Source: Candidatus Sigynarchaeum calidifontis
GTDB lineage: Archaea > Asgardarchaeota > Lokiarchaeia > Sigyniarchaeales > Sigyniarchaeaceae
Length of the DNA stretch: 64,000 nt
Reading direction: 5' to 3'
Assembly: GCA_030587475.2 (NCBI GenBank)
Contig: JAUQYZ020000230.1
Location: 25,317 to 89,316 of the forward strand
Below the pieces are notes generated by a model. The model was given only the letters and a program-made list of their open reading frames with translations, searched no databases and was not told the origin of the DNA. The translations under genes and the position numbers were made by a program. Numbering within the stretch: position 1 is the first letter of the stretch; every line of letters begins with the position of its first letter. This document shows, piece by piece, positions 57,857 through 64,000 of the stretch.

Positions 57857-60076
57857 ATGCTGGAAGCACTCTTTGCCCCTCATTCCGCTTCTTTTAACAT
57901 GTTTCTCGGCGAGATCCAGGCGGCACAAGCGAGAGATCATTCTTTCGGAAACCTTTTCGCGGAGGGCATGTCGCGCTGGAAATCATTGCTTGACGGCATG
58001 TATGACTCGTCTCACCTCACAGCTGCATTCTATTCCCGCCACGCGTTTCTCGTCCTTATCGCCAGCGCGGTGCTCTCCCGCGCCGGAATGTCGATGGATT
58101 CGATCACCATCGAACCCGTCCAGCGCTTTGTAGCCTGCTTCCCGTGGCTCCCGATGCTTTCAGCATCTCGCAAGATCGTCGGCGATGCCGTGATAAAAGC
58201 AGAACTGCCCCCTCACGATGTATTCAACAAGGTATATCCCCTTGTCGTATCATACACGGCACAGCACGGTTCCGGGGAATATTACACGCCCGTTTCGCTC
58301 GCCCGGTTGATGGTCTCGGATCGGTTCGTCCCGGGTATGCGCGCTATCGACCCGTCGTGTGGATCGGGGACATTCCTCGTCGAGATGGTTAATGCCATCA
58401 TCGAAAGCGCGCTGCCCCTGCCTGATAAAACCAGCGCGATCGCTGCTATAGCGGGTATGGACAAGAATCCGCTCGCCATCTTCATGACCGCAGTCAATTT
58501 GTTTATGCTATTACGCCGTGCTGGCATCGAAGGGGCGTTTCCATCCTTGTACCTTGGCGACGCGCTCTTCCCGAGCGAGCCGAAAGCCCTATCTGGTCTC
58601 GATCTCGTCATCGGGAATCCCCCGTGGATCGTGCTCGGGGGCATCGAGAACGCTGCCTACAAGGAGCGGTTGAAACAACTCGCGATTGATCTCGGCATCT
58701 ATGTCGGCGGGAAAAACGCTTCCAACCTGGAAATCGCCGCTCTCTTTTTTTACAAGTTCCTCGACCACTTGAAGCCTGGCCACTGGGTTTTTTTCTTGCT
58801 CCCGAACAGCATCATAACCGGATCGCAGCATGATAAGGCTCGCGTGTTCGCTGGCTTCGATGCCATCCAAGCATGGCGATTCTCTCGTCAGCCGTTCAAG
58901 ATACACAGCATATGCCTGGCCGGGCGGAAAGCGGCGGGCAGCCAGCAGTTTGACTACAAGTTCCCGTTCACGCTCGTAACCGTGCAAGATGTCGAGGGTG
59001 GAGAACAATCCTTCATCAAGGGCGGTTGCGACATCTACGAGCCCGGGAGCATAAAAACAAGTGCCATGGGCGGGCCGGTGCGCTCGATCGGTCGCTTGAT
59101 CCCTGCCGACCAGAAAAAACGCCTCCTCCCCCGAGGCAAGTCCCCGTATGCCTCTCTCTTTTATAAAGGTGCACAGATTTTTCCCCGGACGATGTTCTTT
59201 GTCGATATCACCCGCGAGTTCGGTGCCGATGCCGATGGATGCGTGCTCATAACCCCTTCCAGCTTGGTGCAACCGAAGAAACTTGGCAGGTGGAACTTCT
59301 TGCCATACAAGGAGAGCAAGGTCGAGAAGAAATACATATATAAAATCGCCAAGAGCACCTTTCTCGTCCCTTTCCAGCTGGTGCAATCCCTCGACGCGTT
59401 CTTGCCATGCACGTTCGATGCACGATCGAGGAAGCTCGATTTGGTTCCCGATTCGCTGCTGCTTCCCGCCGCCGCAGCCCACATGGGCATGCTGCAAACC
59501 GCCTTTTCGCGCAACTTGAAACCCGGTGCAGCCCATACGAGCCTTCGCGAGATCATCAACTACCAGAACTGCCTCACCAATCCACGGCAGATGGCTCCTT
59601 TAAAGGTTGCATATAACGGGGGCGGGAGCATCGTCAAGGGCGCGTTGATCGAGGGAAGCGTGATCGTCGACTATTCGATGTTCTATTGCCCCGTTTCGAG
59701 CATGGATGAGGGCCTCTACCTCGTCGCCTACCTGAATGCGCCGTCCCTGACCGAGAGCGTGAAGCTCGTGGGGAGCACCGGGTTTCACGGAAGCTTGCGC
59801 AACATCGTGAAGCACCCTCTCGATTTTCCATGGCCCATCTACGATCCGGGCGATCCGATGCACGTCGAAGTCGCCCGCCTCGGAAAAAAACTCGAGGCAG
59901 TGGCGCGATCCATCATGGTCGAAAACCACTCGACTCGGATAGGCAGCGAAGATGACGATGCCACTCGCATGAAATTACAACATACGATACTCGGCGATGC
60001 TCGCGTGAAAACCCTCCTCGACGACCTCGATATGCTCGTTCGACAGGTCATCGAAGCGAGCAAGATGAAAAAGTGA
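57857..60076 (+). CDS. N6-adenine DNA methyltransferase (gamma class, type IIG-like MTase plus specificity region)
   Basis: GEYYTP, DPSCGSGTFL and IGNPPW. Start uncertain. Confidence 0.88.
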   Translation: MLEALFAPHSASFNMFLGEIQAAQARDHSFGNLFAEGMSRWKSLLDGMYDSSHLTAAFYSRHAFLVLIASAVLSRAGMSMDSITIEPVQRFVACFPWLPMLSASRKIVGDAVIKAELPPHDVFNKVYPLVVSYTAQHGSGEYYTPVSLARLMVSDRFVPGMRAIDPSCGSGTFLVEMVNAIIESALPLPDKTSAIAAIAGMDKNPLAIFMTAVNLFMLLRRAGIEGAFPSLYLGDALFPSEPKALSGLDLVIGNPPWIVLGGIENAAYKERLKQLAIDLGIYVGGKNASNLEIAALFFYKFLDHLKPGHWVFFLLPNSIITGSQHDKARVFAGFDAIQAWRFSRQPFKIHSICLAGRKAAGSQQFDYKFPFTLVTVQDVEGGEQSFIKGGCDIYEPGSIKTSAMGGPVRSIGRLIPADQKKRLLPRGKSPYASLFYKGAQIFPRTMFFVDITREFGADADGCVLITPSSLVQPKKLGRWNFLPYKESKVEKKYIYKIAKSTFLVPFQLVQSLDAFLPCTFDARSRKLDLVPDSLLLPAAAAHMGMLQTAFSRNLKPGAAHTSLREIINYQNCLTNPRQMAPLKVAYNGGGSIVKGALIEGSVIVDYSMFYCPVSSMDEGLYLVAYLNAPSLTESVKLVGSTGFHGSLRNIVKHPLDFPWPIYDPGDPMHVEVARLGKKLEAVARSIMVENHSTRIGSEDDDATRMKLQHTILGDARVKTLLDDLDMLVRQVIEASKMKK

Positions 60077-60094
60077 TGACACAAGCCGGTATTT

Positions 60095-61138
60095 CTATTC
60101 CACGAGCTTGATATCGGACGGGGAGCCCTTGATTTCCGTGTTATCCGTCACGTTCGCACAGCTCGCGATGATCGCGTGATCGACGCGGCAGTTTTTCCCC
60201 ACCTTGCATCCGGATTGGAGAATGGCATTGGAGATTTCGGTAAGGTCATCGATGGTAACCTTGTCCCCAACAATCGCTCCTGGACCGACGAGGGCGTTGT
60301 CGGACACGTGGCAAGAAATACCGATGCGGACGGGCTCGATCAGGGTGCACAAGATTTCTTGAGGGACTTGAACCCCGGTCTCGGCAACGGCCGACATGCA
60401 CGCGTTGAAATAGTCCTTTATATCCGTTATGTTCAAGCTTGCGATCTCCCGCCGAAATTCTGCCTCATCTTTCGAAAATTCGCGTTTGATCTGGACACCT
60501 ATCATGACCTTGCGGTCGTTGATGGCGATCTGGATAGCATCTTGTAGCTCCCGTTCCCCGCGACTGGACACGGGGCATTTATCGAGGTATTTAAACACCT
60601 CGTCGTTGAACACGTAAAACGGGAGACTATACACGTTACTCAGCAGCATCTCTCTCGGTGGTTTTTCGATGATCTTGGTAACCCGTCCTGATCCATCGAG
60701 CATGACGTTTCCGAGGCCTTTCACGTAATCGATCCCTGCCTTGAACAAGCTCAACGTCGCGAACGGCTTCGAGCTATCATGGGCATTCACGACATCCTTG
60801 ATGTGATCTTCAGGGACGATCATGTCCCCCGCGCACACGACGAAATCCCCCCGGACGAATTGGCGTGCCGTAAGGATAGCGTCGGTCATTCCCGTCGCTT
60901 TCGCTTGGTGCACGAATCGCACCTTGTAACTGCTCGGGATGGATTTCTTGAAGATTTCTTCAAATTCTGGCCTGATAACAATTATAAAACTTGATATTCT
61001 TGCCAAGCTCATGTTTTCAAGAATTCTCACGATGATTGGGATTCCCGCAACGTCTAACAATGGTTTCGGCGTTGTTTTCGTGAGCGGCATGAGCCGGGTG
61101 CCGAGTCCTGCGGCAAGGATGACGGCGGTATCTATCAT
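60095..61138 (-). CDS. Sugar-phosphate nucleotidyltransferase with left-handed beta-helix
   Basis: LAAGLGTRL.PLT...PKPL, IEKP, RGERELQD and hexapeptide repeats. Confidence 0.92.
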   Translation of the reverse strand: MIDTAVILAAGLGTRLMPLTKTTPKPLLDVAGIPIIVRILENMSLARISSFIIVIRPEFEEIFKKSIPSSYKVRFVHQAKATGMTDAILTARQFVRGDFVVCAGDMIVPEDHIKDVVNAHDSSKPFATLSLFKAGIDYVKGLGNVMLDGSGRVTKIIEKPPREMLLSNVYSLPFYVFNDEVFKYLDKCPVSSRGERELQDAIQIAINDRKVMIGVQIKREFSKDEAEFRREIASLNITDIKDYFNACMSAVAETGVQVPQEILCTLIEPVRIGISCHVSDNALVGPGAIVGDKVTIDDLTEISNAILQSGCKVGKNCRVDHAIIASCANVTDNTEIKGSPSDIKLVE

Positions 61139-61547
61139 AGATACGGAACTATCTTCGGATCAAAAAAAGGATTGAGTGGCGGATCTTCACAAGATTTGAG
61201 GATTATTTCGTCCGTTTTGGACAAGGTTTGTGCTTTTTAGATCAAACATGAATAAACTAACCGAGGTTGCTGATTGACAAAGGATTGCTTAACGGGGGAT
61301 GCTGAATGGTTGGGACGTGAAAACCAAAAAGGGTTCTGTCGCGTGTTCCAGGCGAAAACGTGCAATCTTTGAGGGAAAAATTATGGCACGTGGCGCTATA
61401 GTTAACTTGTTTTCGATAGCATGTGTAAACCTATCGGGTTTTTCAAAAAAAGACTTTTATACGCGATTTTGGTACATATAGACGCGAGGTGCGAGTTGTT
61501 TCGTTCGAGCACCTTCCGCCTTCCATCCCCTGTTATGGTGCGATCCC

Positions 61548-61787
61548 ATGAAGACCGATAAAAAAAGCGAAGACCGGGTGTTCCCTATCGCCCCGCTGGA
61601 TCGGCTCATCCGAAAAGCTAACGCTGAACGCGTTTCGGAGTCCGCAGCAAAGGAGTTAGGGATAATTCTGGAGGAACTCGGGAAGGAAATTGCCAACCGC
61701 GCGAACGACCTCGCGAAGCACGCGAACCGGACGACGGTGAAGGATTCAGATATCAGGCTTGCCTATAAGCAATGGTTTGAACGTTGA
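61548..61787 (+). CDS. Archaeal histone (HMf family)
   Basis: PIAPLDRLIRKANAERVSESA...AKHANRTTVKDSDI. Confidence 0.95.
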   Translation: MKTDKKSEDRVFPIAPLDRLIRKANAERVSESAAKELGIILEELGKEIANRANDLAKHANRTTVKDSDIRLAYKQWFER

Positions 61788-61893
61788 ACGGCATTTCGTG
61801 AAGCATGCCATCCACGGCCAGACAATGGTGCGGCATTCGATTACACGAAGATTCACGTGAATAAACGAGGAAAAAGCACGGCAAGGAATTTTT

Positions 61894-63783
61894 GGCACTA
61901 GCTAGATAACGATTATCACCACCCTTTTTTCTTTGTTATCATGGTTTCCAAGATAGAGCATCATTCATCACCCATTCTTTACGATCGCGGTTGATCCAGC
62001 CACTTTCATCATTCTCCGGCTATTTTCCACGTCATTTATCCGAGATGCAAGTGTCGCCGTGCGATCCCTCCCATCAGCCAGGTCGAGGCACGACTGCGGA
62101 TCCAAGGGATATAGCGCGTCCAGGTAGTCTTTGTATCGTGATGTAATGCCGGCTCGCTGCAGCGGCGATTCGTGCACGTGTGGGCCCGTGTTCGGTCGTG
62201 AAAGGTTGTGCTTGAGGCGCAACAGCTCGAGGATCGCCATGGATTGCGGCGATTGGTCGAATCGCTTCGCCTTGTCGAGCACGGGGCGGCACAGGCCGAA
62301 GATGCCCTCGATCGTGTTCGAGTTCGAGAGCCATGGCGGGCAAATCGTCTCGAAGTCTTGCTTGCTCGTGGCACACGCGTGCGGGTTCAGTTCCAGGAAG
62401 CGTGATATCTTGCCAGCTATTTCCAAGCTGGACCTGCCGAGTACGTTGCCGAGCCGCACGCGCTCGGCGTCAAATCGCTCCCACGGGGCGTCGAGCAACC
62501 GCTTGAACGCGGAAACAAGCCTCGCAGATTGAAGCGATGCTTGCTTTTTCTCCCAATAGGCCGCTCGGAGCGCCTCCACCTCTGGCAACCGCTTGGCGAT
62601 CCTCGCTTGCTTGTGCTGGATCGTGTTTCGCCTGCTCCGCATCTTGGCACGGTCGATAGCCAGTCGATTCTTGAACTGCAGTCGCTCGGCGGTCCAGGCT
62701 GCTTTCTTGGTGTATTTCTTGATGCCGTGCTGCTTGTAGTACGAGTCGCGAGCCGAGATCGTCCTTGCCAATCGCGCCTCGTCTCTCGCGAGGCACCTCC
62801 TCTTGAGCTGCAACTCGTGTTTCGTCTTTTCGAGATCCTGGGCCGCGTCCTTCCAGCGCTTGAATGCATTTCTCGCCGAGGCGTTAATGGAATCGAGTTC
62901 CCGAAGAAACACGCGGTACGCGTGGACGTGGCAGAACAGGTGCACGACGCCGTCGAACAAGGACGGGATCACGTTCTTGTACGCGGGGAGGCCGTCCGTG
63001 ATCACGACTTCGAGCATGTCAAGCGTTTCAGCGATCGACCCGAGCACGAAGGATATCGTTTCGGCGCTACGGTCTTGCAATTGCACGAGCAAGAGCAAAT
63101 ACGAGCTCTCCTTGTCGGTGACGCCGAGAAAGCAGGTGTTCCGGCCTTGGAATGTCTCGTCGATCTCGATGACCTTGAAATGACCGCGAACCTTGGAATC
63201 ATGGATCCCGTTCAAATGGCGAGCACGTTCTCCAGCTTCGATGATGACATCGGCGATGTAATTTCGAGACATGTCCACGCCATGGATACGCTTGACGAAG
63301 TTCTTTATCTCGAAATATGACAAGCAATCGAGTTTAAGGTCGACGATCAGCCGCTTGAGGTGCACGTCGCTCGTGAGCACGTCGTGGCGAGAGGGACATG
63401 TTAATGGCGTGGTAGGAATGCTTAAAAAGTTGGCCGGGATGGAGGTATCGAGGGTTTCCATTCATTGACGCCTCTTTGGTGAGGTATTAAGGGATATGGT
63501 TGGCACCTATTCCTTGGAAACCCTCTTTATTCTACCTTTCGGTGCAAGCACGACTGAATTGCCACGGCTTGCAAGAGAAATTGCAATTACATGAGCGGAA
63601 CGGTAATGTTTGTGTTCGCGGCACGGGATGCATGATCAATAACGATTACGACTAGAGACACGTCTCCATGCAAACGAAGCTTGAGCTCTCGCTCGTAAAA
63701 TCTGGCTGATACACGGGGTTGGGTGATAAAAAAGAGAAATTTGTCGAGAAAAGCCAGATCGATTTAATTATCTAGCTAGTCCC
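61894..63783 (-). mobile_element. Insertion sequence, 1890 bp, with 16-bp terminal inverted repeats
   Basis: GGCACTAGCTAGATAA (61894-61909) and TTATCTAGCTAGTCCC (63768-63783) match 15/16 and enclose one transposase. Confidence 0.85.
61968..63461 (-). CDS. DDE transposase
   Basis: IEIDET, VITDGLPAY, CHVH and SNTIEGIF. Confidence 0.85.
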   Translation of the reverse strand: METLDTSIPANFLSIPTTPLTCPSRHDVLTSDVHLKRLIVDLKLDCLSYFEIKNFVKRIHGVDMSRNYIADVIIEAGERARHLNGIHDSKVRGHFKVIEIDETFQGRNTCFLGVTDKESSYLLLLVQLQDRSAETISFVLGSIAETLDMLEVVITDGLPAYKNVIPSLFDGVVHLFCHVHAYRVFLRELDSINASARNAFKRWKDAAQDLEKTKHELQLKRRCLARDEARLARTISARDSYYKQHGIKKYTKKAAWTAERLQFKNRLAIDRAKMRSRRNTIQHKQARIAKRLPEVEALRAAYWEKKQASLQSARLVSAFKRLLDAPWERFDAERVRLGNVLGRSSLEIAGKISRFLELNPHACATSKQDFETICPPWLSNSNTIEGIFGLCRPVLDKAKRFDQSPQSMAILELLRLKHNLSRPNTGPHVHESPLQRAGITSRYKDYLDALYPLDPQSCLDLADGRDRTATLASRINDVENSRRMMKVAGSTAIVKNG

Positions 63784-63784
63784 T

Positions 63785-64000
63785 TTAGTCACTCATTAGA
63801 TTTTTTCCTATTTCTTCGACAGAAGAAATCCTGGAGAATTCATTTTTGAAGGCGCTCCACGAGCGCGAGAACGAATGCTGGAAGATCAACTGCCAGTCCT
63901 TGTCATAGCGCTTGATGGAGAATTCTAGTTGCATGTCTTTCTTGTCCTTGTCTATGGACACGATCTTCACGATGTTGTGCGTGTTGATGTTCCTGATGTT
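63785..64000 (-). CDS. Hypothetical protein, 5'-truncated by the window edge
   Basis: Frame is open to the window end; its stop is separated from the IS end by 1 bp. Confidence 0.55.
   Translation of the reverse strand, partial: NIRNINTHNIVKIVSIDKDKKDMQLEFSIKRYDKDWQLIFQHSFSRSWSAFKNEFSRISSVEEIGKNLMSD

Overview
This is a gene-dense archaeal chromosome segment, most likely from an Asgard (Lokiarchaeia-like) genome. That assignment is inferred from an unprenylated Rab-like GTPase, eS25, an archaeal histone, a Bud23-like methyltransferase and an Fcf1-like PIN protein. It holds about 50 CDS, one tRNA-Ser(GCT) with an abnormal 46-nt variable region, and one 1.89-kb insertion sequence with 16-bp terminal inverted repeats. 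The strongest candidate for an undescribed system is a nickel locus. There, nikR is flanked by three transcription units, each preceded by a NikR-type box with a 16-bp spacer: an ECF S-like membrane protein, a ChlI/D plus ChlH/CobN chelatase, and a pair of small paralogous membrane proteins. A nadA-thiI(THUMP-less)-larE operon lies about 11 kb downstream. Other notable items are a SERCA-like P-type ATPase whose TM4/TM6 look like a P4 lipid flippase (PINI instead of PEGL), an N-myristoyltransferase-like tandem GNAT, a sulfoquinovosidase-like GH31 with an altered pocket between two sulfatases, a V4R/Bet3-like gene coupled to the Rab, and four DNA methyltransferases with no visible nuclease. All family calls come from motif recognition by eye and remembered reference sequences; no searches were run.
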